47,287 bases of DNA, taken from the IMG/VR virus record IMGVR_UViG_2870474514_000002; one strand, given 5' to 3'. This stretch comes from a virus. Lineage: Duplodnaviria > Heunggongvirae > Uroviricota > Caudoviricetes. Both the position numbers and the translations under genes were made by a program. How positions within the stretch are numbered: position 1 is the stretch's first letter; every line of letters begins with the position of its first letter. Below are positions 33,151 through 41,900 of the stretch, piece by piece. Below the pieces are notes generated by a model, which was given only the letters and a program-made list of their open reading frames with translations, was not told the DNA's origin and did not search any database.

Positions 33151-33237
33151 ATGGAAAATAACAAGTTTGCACATCTCGCTCCTTTTTTATCCGTAATCCT
33201 TTTCGCTTGTTGTTTTATATGGGCATTATTTTTATAA
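33151..33237 (+). CDS. Candidate small hydrophobic peptide (28 aa)
   Basis: ATG at 33151 with an AAGGTGG SD 6 nt upstream; encodes MENNKFAHLAPFLSVILFACCFIWALFL, one predicted transmembrane helix. In AT-rich sequence about 500 bp upstream of the YeaR-like gene. Hand-translated; not in the ORF track. Confidence 0.3.
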   Translation: MENNKFAHLAPFLSVILFACCFIWALFL

Positions 33238-33742
33238 AGTAGCCACATGATAAGTTGCTGGAATCATGTTTCCCACTCAAGTCATTAACATTTGATTAAG
33301 ACATATCTAAAAGGATGCCTTTACATTATTTGATGCATATATGATTTATTTATATGCACAGTAAAGGCACCCTGGGAATAATCAAGATTAATGATATATT
33401 ACTTATCCTATTCCCAACTGTCTTTTACCTGGGAAAACATTTATCGTTAAAAAATATATCATAAATAATTAAGCTGAAATTTCAGAACACAACTAATGCA
33501 CACAATAAGGTTCAGTAACATTAATCTATGTGGAATACATCGAGATTTCTTGATTAAGCTTTAATAACTTATTCCTAACACACAGAATGCATAAACCAAA
33601 AGCAAAACAAGTAGTTATACGAAAAACAACCATATTTATCCTATCTTCTCCTCTAATCAACATATCAATTATGTGTTTCATAAGAGCTTGACATAACTCC
33701 TCAAAAGGTGCATTTATAATACATGTTTTATAGGAGGTGGTT

Positions 33743-34081
33743 ATGACACACAAGAGAATTCCTAAAGATTGGGTAATCAAACGCTCAACTCCGTTCTTCA
33801 CAAAAGAGAACGTACCTTCAGCGTTATTAACACATCATAATACAGCAGCAGGTGTTTTTGGGCAGTTGTGCGTAATGGAAGGCACTGTAACATATTATGG
33901 TTTTGCTGATGAGAATACTACTGAACCAGAGATAAAAGTAGTTATTAATGCTGGCTCTTTTGCAACAAGCCCACCACAATACTGGCACCGTGTTGAACTA
34001 AGCGATGATGCTCAGTTTAATATTAACTTTTGGGTCGCTCCAGACTTCTCAGGCGAAAAAGTCTATAGCACCAAAAAATAG
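33743..34081 (+). CDS. YeaR-like protein (DUF1971, TehB-associated domain family)
   Basis: 112 aa from the ATG at 33743, with an AGGAGG SD 5 nt upstream. Motifs RSTPFF...P, GVFGQLCVMEGTVTYYGFADE, INAGSFATSPPQYWH and FNINFWVAP match my recollection of E. coli YeaR. Confidence 0.7.
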   Translation: MTHKRIPKDWVIKRSTPFFTKENVPSALLTHHNTAAGVFGQLCVMEGTVTYYGFADENTTEPEIKVVINAGSFATSPPQYWHRVELSDDAQFNINFWVAPDFSGEKVYSTKK

Positions 34082-34110
34082 ATGATCATATTAAAAATAC
34101 TTTAACAATC

Positions 34111-34148
34111 AGACCCGGCAGAGCTATCCTCGACGGGTCTCGTTTTTG
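34111..34148 (+). terminator. Intrinsic terminator-like hairpin after the YeaR-like gene
   Basis: Stem AGACCCG / CGGGTCT with a long loop, followed by CGTTTTTGT; about 30 nt after the stop. Confidence 0.4.
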
Positions 34149-34693
34149 TAAATATTTTGGTTCTACATTGCCAGGAGACTTCGACCATAAGAAGTAATCT
34201 GAATACTTAAGAAATAAATTTACTTCAGATTAATGAGCGCACCTTGCCGGACAAAGATAAGCCAGGCAAACGCTTTTTTTTAGCCAGTATGTAATCAATC
34301 AGAAAGTCGCTCCATAAGAACAACAACAAGGCAATAAATTGCCACCACAGCCACTATTGCTAACGCACACTTCAGAACCAGCACAACAATCTCCTGTTTT
34401 TGACGTATACATACACTGATAAATATGTGGCTTTGTACTCACTACTTCAATACACAAGTGTCAGTGGTGCGTAATCAAATAATACAGTCTGTTTTCAGCC
34501 AGGAACAGACATCAGGTAAAAGAATGAAAAACTATTTTGAGCTACATCATAGCTACAAGATTTCTGCTAATTTCAAGATGAGCAGGTCATTGCTGGCATA
34601 GGTGACCTGCCTATTAGTCATGATGATTCGAAAATTACGGTCGGCATACCATATATAGAAACGTTGTGACACTCTGTTGACGTAATGTAAAAA

Positions 34694-35362
34694 TCATTCC
34701 TGCCCTTCTTCTTTACCGTAGTGGAGTTGACCAATTTTGATAAGAGGGCGTCCCTGGGATTTGCGGTGTAAATTGGTATCGCGAAGTGAATACACGCAAC
34801 CACAATATTCCTGCTGATAGAATTGTTCGCGTTTGCTGATTTCAATCATGCGGGACGAGCCTCCCTGCTTGCGCCAGTTATAATCCCAGTACACCATGCC
34901 CGGATAATGTGCGACAGCTCGCCGTCCGCTGTCGTTAACCTGCTGCATATTTTTCCAGCGTGAAATGCCCAGTGAACTGCTGATCACACTGAAACCATTT
35001 TCAGCGGCGTACAGCGCCGTCCGTTCAAAACGCATGTCAAAACACATAGTACAACGCCTCCCACGTTCGGGCTCCCATTCCATTCCTTTGGCTCGCTCAA
35101 ACCAGTTGTCAGTGTCGTAATCAGCATCGATAAACGGTACACCATGTTGTTCAGCAAATCGAATATTCTCATTCTTACGAATCAAATACTCTTTCTGAGG
35201 ATGAATGTTCGGATTATAGAAGAAGATGGTGTAGTCGATTCCTGAGGCCTGAAGAGCCTCCATCACTTCACCGGAACATGGTGCACAACAAGAGTGCAAT
35301 AGTAGTTTGTTTGCCCCGTTTGGGAGCTCCAACTTAGGACGTTTGAAATCAGCAACTGTCAT
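34694..35362 (-). CDS. QueH-like protein (DUF208, epoxyqueuosine reductase family)
   Basis: 222 aa with the N-terminal [11 protein letters not shown] motif and later Cys motifs ([19 protein letters not shown]) that I associate with DUF208/QueH iron-sulfur enzymes. Confidence 0.7.
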   Translation of the reverse strand: MTVADFKRPKLELPNGANKLLLHSCCAPCSGEVMEALQASGIDYTIFFYNPNIHPQKEYLIRKNENIRFAEQHGVPFIDADYDTDNWFERAKGMEWEPERGRRCTMCFDMRFERTALYAAENGFSVISSSLGISRWKNMQQVNDSGRRAVAHYPGMVYWDYNWRKQGGSSRMIEISKREQFYQQEYCGCVYSLRDTNLHRKSQGRPLIKIGQLHYGKEEGQE

Positions 35363-35632
35363 AAATGTTTACGTCGGGGTAATGAAACTTGCAAGTTGTG
35401 TAGCATCAGAGTGTACTGCCCCAAAAAGTTGGCAGTTAAACGAGAGGCTACACATTTTGAGCAAGATTTCAAGATCAACTAATCCCCCTTTTTTGAACAG
35501 CGTCCTGATGATACCAATCAGATCGCATTACAATGCCACCTTAGCTGATAAGTCAGTTGATTGTTTCGTCAAAATGCTTCTTAATACTGTAAACTTATTA
35601 CTCCAGCACAGATAACATATAATGAAATAGCC

Positions 35633-35905
35633 ATGAAAATAGACATTAAAAATAAAAATGGGAATACACAACACCTGGACGTGTCATCGTTGATTATTAC
35701 GCTTAATAATGGGGAAACGATTGAAATCACAGATGAAAACAAAAGTCGCCCAATCGATATACCTGAGGGAGTTACAGTGTGGGGAGGCCGGGCTCCCGAT
35801 AAAGAAGCAAGCATAGATCAACTAAAAAAGACAACTCGTAGCATAGGAATATATCCACTAGCCTCCAATATGGTGCACATATTCCCTTATTCTTTAAAAA
35901 AGTAA
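35633..35905 (+). CDS. Hypothetical protein (90 aa)
   Basis: ORF in the AT-rich island with no clear SD and no recognisable motifs; could be non-coding. Confidence 0.3.
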   Translation: MKIDIKNKNGNTQHLDVSSLIITLNNGETIEITDENKSRPIDIPEGVTVWGGRAPDKEASIDQLKKTTRSIGIYPLASNMVHIFPYSLKK

Positions 35906-36041
35906 AATTTTATGTAGCGTTTTAGCAGATACGAAATAAAGAGTGGAACTAAATTTGATTTTAGCGCAGTGCCAGATGAGGCGATGGCTCTGCGCCGTAG
36001 ATACACCAACTTAAACTTGAGCGATTACATTTTGATTTTGC

Positions 36042-36464
36042 TTACCGAATAAATTCCTGGATACTTCCTCGATAAAACATCAGTACACGCTTCATAACTT
36101 CGCTCTTACGGCACTCGCTACAGATTATATTCAGACGCCCGTCATATCGGCGTATTTCTCCGTCTGGTAATGACCAGATAAGGTCAGGATCAACCACAAC
36201 CGTTTTTTTCACCTTTGCCCTGGATAGTTTTTTGCGGGCGTTATTCCAGTCCTTACGAGCCTGTTCAGAGGTAAATAACCCATAGCCAGAGTTGTATACA
36301 TCGCCACTGGCAACCAACTCTCTGGCAAGAATGCTCATCAGATATCTTGTCGCCCCTGTCTTGGCCTCCAGTTGCCTTAACGTCTCGCGCCCACTCTGGC
36401 GTACCAGCTCAACAACCTGCTCCTTAATTTTTTCACGCTCTTCCTGTGTAAAAACTTTTGCCAT
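36042..36464 (-). CDS. Hypothetical phage protein (nin-like region)
   Basis: 140 aa from the ATG at 36464 (MAKVFTQEEREK), with a GGAGG SD 6 nt upstream. Confidence 0.5.
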   Translation of the reverse strand: MAKVFTQEEREKIKEQVVELVRQSGRETLRQLEAKTGATRYLMSILARELVASGDVYNSGYGLFTSEQARKDWNNARKKLSRAKVKKTVVVDPDLIWSLPDGEIRRYDGRLNIICSECRKSEVMKRVLMFYRGSIQEFIR

Positions 36465-36479
36465 AAGCGCCTCCGGCAA

Positions 36480-37241
36480 TCACTTTTCCGACACAATACG
36501 ACTGGAGGAATCGACAATCTGTCGAACAATATCCCGGTGCTTGTTCAGCTCCCGCAGCGCGGCGCAGACACGCTCCCACTTCTGGACATGATTTTTCGCC
36601 CGACGCAGTTCGCGGTTTGCTATATGCAGCGATGGTAAAACCAAGTCATCCGCTTGCGTTTCAGTAAACGATGGCAGCGACTGCACAATGTCCGCCACAG
36701 TTTCTGTTTTAATATCTTCCTGTGTTGCCGCTTCCTGTACTGGTAACGCAGCACCGGCTGGCTGAGGAAAGGCTTTACCATCATTTTTCGTTACCAATGC
36801 AGCTTTCGGTTCTGCTGGTAAATTATCGCCCGGCATGCAGTAACGAAATTTACCGTTCTGATTTACGCGAATCAGACGCCCCTTGCTGATTGCCATTGCC
36901 AGCGTTGAAGCCACTTTGCGTGATGTGGTACCGAACAACGTAGCCAGTTCATCCGCAGTTAGTGGACCACGTTGTTCAATCGTCGCGGTTAAATCGCACT
37001 CCGATATTTTCGTCACTGTTGCTGTGGCGATTTCTTCCGGCTGTTCTTCCGGCACTGGATGTTCCTGCTGAACGTTGTTATCGGCCACACGCCAGGTGTA
37101 TACGCTTTTATCAACGAATCCAGCCTTTTTCAGTTCCCACAGCTCGTTCAGCACTTCTTCACGACTGATATCAAGTCGCGCAGCCAGTTCTACCGACGCG
37201 GCTTTTCCCATTGCTTTCAGTGCATCAAAAACGGTTTCCAT
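36480..37241 (-). CDS. Tandem winged-helix-like protein (possible full-length YdaW)
   Basis: About 253 aa from the ATG at 37241 (GGGAGG SD). Two similar HTH-like segments ([40 protein letters not shown] and [33 protein letters not shown]). Follows ydaV, as ydaW does in K-12. Confidence 0.5.
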   Translation of the reverse strand: METVFDALKAMGKAASVELAARLDISREEVLNELWELKKAGFVDKSVYTWRVADNNVQQEHPVPEEQPEEIATATVTKISECDLTATIEQRGPLTADELATLFGTTSRKVASTLAMAISKGRLIRVNQNGKFRYCMPGDNLPAEPKAALVTKNDGKAFPQPAGAALPVQEAATQEDIKTETVADIVQSLPSFTETQADDLVLPSLHIANRELRRAKNHVQKWERVCAALRELNKHRDIVRQIVDSSSRIVSEK

Positions 37242-37263
37242 TAAAATTTCCTCCCGGTAAAAA

Positions 37264-38010
37264 TCACTTCGCAATTCCTAGCTGGACGACATTCGGACGC
37301 CAGCTCTCCCAGTTAAAATTCACCCATCGCCCGCCGTTCATGGTCATGCGATCCATAATCCTCTCGCCGAGCAATGTTTTCATGGCCTCATAGTTCAGGT
37401 TTGTCAGCATCCCCACGCTGCGCATCGACGCTGTCCGGCGATCAACAATCTGGTGCAGCACCACCTGCTCGTTTTTTGTCTCGCGCTGAATGCCAATTTC
37501 ATCAAGAACCAGCAGATCCACTTGGCACAGTTCCCGCAAAAATTTTTCGCCTGATTGCCCGTCGTCATAGCTAGCGTGTAGAGCACTCATGACATCAGCC
37601 ACGGTAACCACAATCACTGTCTGGCCATCTTTCAGCAGGCGATTCCCGATAGCCGCCGCCAGATGGTTTTTTCCGGTACCAGGTTTTCCGCTGAACGCAA
37701 AATTTGTACACCCGGTCATCAGTTCATCAGCGATAGATTTCGCCTGGTTCAACGCATATCGCTGACCGTCGTTCTGCACCTGGTAATTCGCAAACGAGCA
37801 TTTGCGGTGCAATGGCTGGATGCCAGAGCGATTCAGAATTTTTTCCACCCGCAACTGACGATTCTGACGGTTGATCTCCTCACAACGTTTCTGGCCTTCG
37901 GAAAGTTGCCACTCACGCCACTCCGCCACCGTCTTGAATGGCGCGGTTACATGTGACGGGGCCAGTCTGCGGATACGTTCAAGAACGCCGCCTGTCGCAA
38001 TATTTTTCAT
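37264..38010 (-). CDS. ydaV: DnaC-like replication helicase loader
   Basis: 248 aa with Walker [16 protein letters not shown] and Walker B LLVLDEIG. Confidence 0.85.
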   Translation of the reverse strand: MKNIATGGVLERIRRLAPSHVTAPFKTVAEWREWQLSEGQKRCEEINRQNRQLRVEKILNRSGIQPLHRKCSFANYQVQNDGQRYALNQAKSIADELMTGCTNFAFSGKPGTGKNHLAAAIGNRLLKDGQTVIVVTVADVMSALHASYDDGQSGEKFLRELCQVDLLVLDEIGIQRETKNEQVVLHQIVDRRTASMRSVGMLTNLNYEAMKTLLGERIMDRMTMNGGRWVNFNWESWRPNVVQLGIAK

Positions 38011-38016
38011 GGTCAG

Positions 38017-38874
38017 TTACCCCCTGAAGCCTGGCGGGATCGCACTGTCCGGTAACGAAACGGTGTTAACCCGTCGGAGTAACGTCTCAGGTCGAACACC
38101 TTTCGGCGCGAACAAGCCCTGGTATTCGTTGGCGATGCTGTGTCGAATCACCTGCTCAGGTGAAAAACCCTGCTGGCGGAATTTTTCCAGCTCCCGTATC
38201 GCCCCGTTAGCGCCCTGCTCCGTTCGAATCGGTTTACGCAATGCCTGGCGAAATTCAACCCACTCACGCCAAAGCGAGACAGAAATCCAGTTCGGCAAAG
38301 CAATATCCAGAGGGTCAAACTTTTTGACACCTCGATTCCCCCGGGGGGGATTTAGGGGGGGAGCTGTTTTTAGATCTTTATCTGTATCTTTATTAGTTGC
38401 CTTTGTGTTGACATCATGTTCAAACACCACTTCAACATCTGTTTGAACACCTGTTAAATTTCTCTCTTGTTTTGTTTGAACATCTGCTTCCTTTCTGCTT
38501 CTTCTGGCCTGAACAGATGCTTTTCCTGCGGCTGATTTTTTGGTTAATTTTTCCCTGACTGATGCCAGATCTTCCTCAATCCGAAGATGTACCCATTCCT
38601 CGCCGTTATCGCAAAAAAACTCCCGCAAGGATGGTTCAACATCAGCCCATCGCTCGTTAGTCAGACGGGCAATTTTTGCCAGCCTGTTTTTGGGTATTGG
38701 CTTTCCTGTTTGCCAGTAATTGAACATCAGCAACAAATACGCGCCATGCTCCTCTGCTGACAAATGCATGGTGTCAGCCAGGTAATCAGCTATGTACAGT
38801 TGCATGTATGGTAATGCGGCCATAATTGCCCCGTATGATGCTGCCCGGTGGCTTAGAATAAGCACAAACAGCAT
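38017..38874 (-). CDS. ydaU: Replication initiation protein (O-like), YdaU-like
   Basis: 285 aa ORF directly upstream of the DnaC-like gene, with a Lys/Thr/Asp-rich linker. An alternative start exists at 38823. Confidence 0.6.
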   Translation of the reverse strand: MLFVLILSHRAASYGAIMAALPYMQLYIADYLADTMHLSAEEHGAYLLLMFNYWQTGKPIPKNRLAKIARLTNERWADVEPSLREFFCDNGEEWVHLRIEEDLASVREKLTKKSAAGKASVQARRSRKEADVQTKQERNLTGVQTDVEVVFEHDVNTKATNKDTDKDLKTAPPLNPPRGNRGVKKFDPLDIALPNWISVSLWREWVEFRQALRKPIRTEQGANGAIRELEKFRQQGFSPEQVIRHSIANEYQGLFAPKGVRPETLLRRVNTVSLPDSAIPPGFRG

Positions 38875-38886
38875 GGAAACTTTTGC

Positions 38887-39309
38887 TTAATGAACAATGA
38901 CAGAATCGTCGGAAGACCCGCCGCCGCTGAAATGCGCTTTCCGGTAAACGGCCTGGACTGCATCATCATGCGCATCAATTGCCGTACTTAACGCTTCCTG
39001 CGCCGCCAGTAATGCACGGCGTTCCAGGGTATCGAAGATGCAGAGTCGGTGACGCAGCTCGCGCGGAAGGATTGCCAGAATTGCAGGGATCAGTTTCTGA
39101 ATTTTTTCCCTTTGCGCTTCCGTTTCACCTTTTAACCAACGGTGATAGATGTTCTGCTGATTATTCCAGTCCTTGCCTGGTACCAGGGGCAATTCGCCGC
39201 CCCCCTGGCGCAGATATTCTTCAGTAATGGCATTGGCTACCCATGCCTGCCCTTTTTCGGCTGCCAGGGCTAACAACACTGACTCGATGTGCTCATGCTT
39301 GATTTTCAT
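38887..39309 (-). CDS. ydaT: YdaT-like protein (CII-like regulator / cryptic toxin)
   Basis: 140 aa ORF immediately downstream of the Cro-like ydaS homologue, overlapping it by 4 nt. Confidence 0.7.
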   Translation of the reverse strand: MKIKHEHIESVLLALAAEKGQAWVANAITEEYLRQGGGELPLVPGKDWNNQQNIYHRWLKGETEAQREKIQKLIPAILAILPRELRHRLCIFDTLERRALLAAQEALSTAIDAHDDAVQAVYRKAHFSGGGSSDDSVIVH

Positions 39310-39560
39310 GAATCAACTCCCATCAGCTTTTTCGTAGTAGTTTTATTTCTGCCAATAGTTAAAATCACATCGGCAGAAAATAATCCGTTTGATGCATGAG
39401 CGATTTTTTCAGCGTAATTTGTTTCGCCGGTATATTCTGTGCGAGGCAATTTTCCGTTATCCATCCATTTGTAGATTGCTCTTTGGCTGACACCACAAAC
39501 GTCGGCCACAACAGAAACGCGAACAGTTTTGATTACATCTTCAAGTGTTTTCTGGTTCAT
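39306..39560 (-). CDS. ydaS: Cro-like HTH regulator YdaS
   Basis: 84 aa from the ATG at 39560 (GAGGGTGA SD); HTH segment VADVCGVSQRAIYKWMDNGKLP. Divergent from racR. Confidence 0.7.
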   Translation of the reverse strand: MNQKTLEDVIKTVRVSVVADVCGVSQRAIYKWMDNGKLPRTEYTGETNYAEKIAHASNGLFSADVILTIGRNKTTTKKLMGVDS

Positions 39561-39639
39561 ATCACCCTCACAATGTGAACTTTGAGTACATGCTATAACA
39601 GAACTGACAGTACATTCAAGAGCGAATATCATTGAACTT
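39561..39639. promoter_or_regulatory. Divergent promoter/operator region between ydaS and racR
   Basis: 79-bp intergenic region with two direct AGTACAT repeats (39585..39591 and 39609..39615, 24 bp apart). Confidence 0.35.
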
Positions 39640-40059
39640 ATGGTTCATGAAGATAAAGCGCGTAAAGAGTTCGCCAGTAGGCTTGCGCTAGCCTGTGAAA
39701 ACGCTGGTTATGAACAACATGGAAGGCAGGCAGAAATTGCCCGTCGAATGAAATTAACACCAAAAGCGGTTAGCAAATGGTTTAATGGCGAAACAATTCC
39801 TCGCCGAGAGAAATTAAGGGAATTAGCAACACTCATTGGAACAACACCAACCTATCTTTTGGGAGAGGATACAGAAGAAAGTGGACAGGTACGTTTCTAT
39901 CAGGAGTTAAATCCAAGACAAAAAATCATCATTGACCTTCTGGACGAGCTCCCTGACAGTGAGACAGATGAACTTTTAAAAACTCTTGAGGAGAAAAAAC
40001 AGAAGTACAATGCAATTTACGAAGAATTAGCACGAAAGAAAAAACAAAAAGCCTCTTAA
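39640..40059 (+). CDS. racR: Prophage repressor (XRE-family HTH), RacR-like
   Basis: 139 aa with an N-terminal HTH (RQAEIARRMKLTPKAVSKWFNGETIP) and an acidic/Lys-rich C-terminus; divergent from ydaS. Confidence 0.75.
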   Translation: MVHEDKARKEFASRLALACENAGYEQHGRQAEIARRMKLTPKAVSKWFNGETIPRREKLRELATLIGTTPTYLLGEDTEESGQVRFYQELNPRQKIIIDLLDELPDSETDELLKTLEEKKQKYNAIYEELARKKKQKAS

Positions 40060-40349
40060 ACCAGCATAAATCCGGTAGCGTCCCCCTCCGGGTTTGTGCT
40101 TCACTTTATCCCATCTCATTTTTTTACACACAAGATGTACTTAAAGTACTTTACATCAATGAACACAAAGTACATTATATACCTACCAACCCACCCCGCC
40201 CCACAGAACGCAGGGCAATACTTCGAGTTACCAGGCAGTGGTCAGGGGTTAAGTAGCCAGCCCGAGGCGTATGAACATGACGGCAGGGTTCAGATTTTGC
40301 AGTGCAGCAGGTTTCAGTTCCGCCACCCGGCGTTAAGGGGAGAGATAAG

Positions 40350-40484
40350 ATGGTGCATTACGAAGTAGTTCAGTATTTGATGGATTGTTGCGGTATCACT
40401 TACAACCAGGCTGTGCAGGCTTTACGCAGCAACGACTGGGATTTCTGGCAGGCAGAAGTCGCTATACGCAGCAACAAGATGTGA
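40350..40484 (+). CDS. ydaG: YdaG-like small protein
   Basis: 44 aa from the ATG at 40350 (AAGGGGAG SD): MVHYEVVQYLMDCCGITYNQAVQALRSNDWDFWQAEVAIRSNKM. Confidence 0.7.
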   Translation: MVHYEVVQYLMDCCGITYNQAVQALRSNDWDFWQAEVAIRSNKM

Positions 40485-40494
40485 GATTCGCAAA

Positions 40495-40647
40495 ATGCAA
40501 AAAATCGACCTCGGCAACAACGAATCCCTAGTGTGCGGCGTGTTCCCCAACCAGGATGGAACGTTCACTGCCATGACTTATACCAAAAGCAAGACATTCA
40601 AAACTGAAACGGGCGCACGTCGCTGGCTTGCCAGAAATACTTGCTAA
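40495..40647 (+). CDS. ydaF: YdaF-like small protein
   Basis: 50 aa, hand-translated: MQKIDLGNNESLVCGVFPNQDGTFTAMTYTKSKTFKTETGARRWLARNTC. Confidence 0.65.
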   Translation: MQKIDLGNNESLVCGVFPNQDGTFTAMTYTKSKTFKTETGARRWLARNTC

Positions 40648-40845
40648 TCCATTATTTGGATTAATTCAATATTCTCGCTGTAGGGGTATAGCAGAAACCA
40701 CCGAAGCCCGGAGGTGGTGAAATAAAACTGGGCGCAACACGAAGGCGCATTTCCGATATCCATAAAGAGTCGGTCTTGTCTGTTAAATTTAAATGGTGGG
40801 AGTGCGCCTCCGGTTGTAAATAACGACATTGCTGTGTGTAGTCTT

Positions 40846-40892
40846 GGCGGCATCAGTTTTTTCTTGAAGTTCGGCTGATGTCCGCCCTTTTT
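40846..40892 (+). terminator. Terminator-like hairpin in the sieB-equivalent gap
   Basis: Stem GGCGGCATCAG / CTGATG(T)CCGCC with an 18-nt loop, followed by CTTTTT. Confidence 0.35.
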
Positions 40893-41057
40893 AAAGTGAA
40901 TTTTGTGATGCGGTGAATGCGGCTAAGCGCACGCGGAACAGTTAAAAGCATCAGTGTTATGGGTGGATTATCCGGCGTTAATTGTTAACTGGTTAACGTC
41001 ACCTGGAGGCACCAGGCACCGCATCAACAAAGTTCATTTGTGAAAATGGAGATAATT

Positions 41058-41279
41058 ATGATTGCTCATCACTTCGGAACTGATGAAATACCTCGTCAGT
41101 GTGTGACTCCTGGTGATTATATTCTTCATAACGGCCGGACATATATTGCCTCGGCAAACAATATTAAAAAGCGAAAACTTTATATTCGTAACCTGACCAC
41201 AAAAACATGCATTACTGACTGCATGATTAAAGTCTTCCTCGGTCGTGATGGTTTACCTGTAAAGGCGGAGTCATGGTGA
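41058..41279 (+). CDS. kilR: KilR (FtsZ inhibitor / killing protein)
   Basis: 73 aa from [21 protein letters not shown], with a GGAG SD. Confidence 0.8.
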   Translation: MIAHHFGTDEIPRQCVTPGDYILHNGRTYIASANNIKKRKLYIRNLTTKTCITDCMIKVFLGRDGLPVKAESW

Positions 41280-41449
41280 TGACTAAGAAAATAAAATGTG
41301 CTTACCATCTTTGCGATAAAGAAGTTAAAGAAAGCAAAAGCATTAAAAGACCACTTCATTTCATGCGTGGAGTTATCCCAACGACGGAAATGAAAAAATA
41401 TTGTAGTGAAATATGTGCCGAAAAAGACCAGATGGCACACGAACTTTAA
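41279..41449 (+). CDS. ydaE: YdaE-like small zinc-ribbon protein
   Basis: 56 aa, hand-translated: [56 protein letters not shown]. Start overlaps the kilR stop (TGATG). Confidence 0.7.
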   Translation: MTKKIKCAYHLCDKEVKESKSIKRPLHFMRGVIPTTEMKKYCSEICAEKDQMAHEL

Positions 41450-41523
41450 TTAACTGACTATGCGAAACTGAATTTATGCCAGCAATGGCAGGGATTCGCT
41501 CAACCTTAATTAAGGAGAAAAAC

Positions 41524-41799
41524 ATGATTACCAGTTATGAAGCCACTGTTGTAACTACTGATGACATTGTTCACGAAGTTAATCTGGAAGGAAAGCGTAT
41601 TGGCTACGTGATTAAAACAGAAAATAAAGAAACCCCATTCACTGTGGTTGATATCGACGGTCCATCAGGCAACGTTAAAACACTTCACGAAGGTGTCAAA
41701 AAAATGTGCCTGGTGCATACCGGAAAGAATCTGCCCGCAGAAAAAAAAGCCGAATTTCTGGCAACTCTAATTGCAATGAAATTAAAAGGTGAAATCTGA
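41524..41799 (+). CDS. racC: RacC
   Basis: 91 aa from MITSYEATVV, with an AAGGAG SD. Confidence 0.8.
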   Translation: MITSYEATVVTTDDIVHEVNLEGKRIGYVIKTENKETPFTVVDIDGPSGNVKTLHEGVKKMCLVHTGKNLPAEKKAEFLATLIAMKLKGEI

Positions 41800-41900
41800 A
41801 AGAAATAGCCTGCGTATGGCGCAGGCTATGAACAGTGTGTATCCGGCAAGATCATTCACTGAACAAAACGAATTTTAATCTGAGTTGAGGTTAAAAAACA

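Noticed and set aside
33526-33801. Minus-strand 91 aa ORF overlapping the YeaR-like start
   Set aside because: AT-rich frame with Leu/Ile/Cys-rich composition and no RBS; overlaps the SD and start of the better-supported plus-strand gene.
40644-40853. Minus-strand 69 aa ORF in the sieB-equivalent gap as a possible sieB remnant
   Set aside because: Not hydrophobic and no SD, and sieB would be a membrane protein. Kept as a non-coding region in the findings rather than called a gene or pseudogene.
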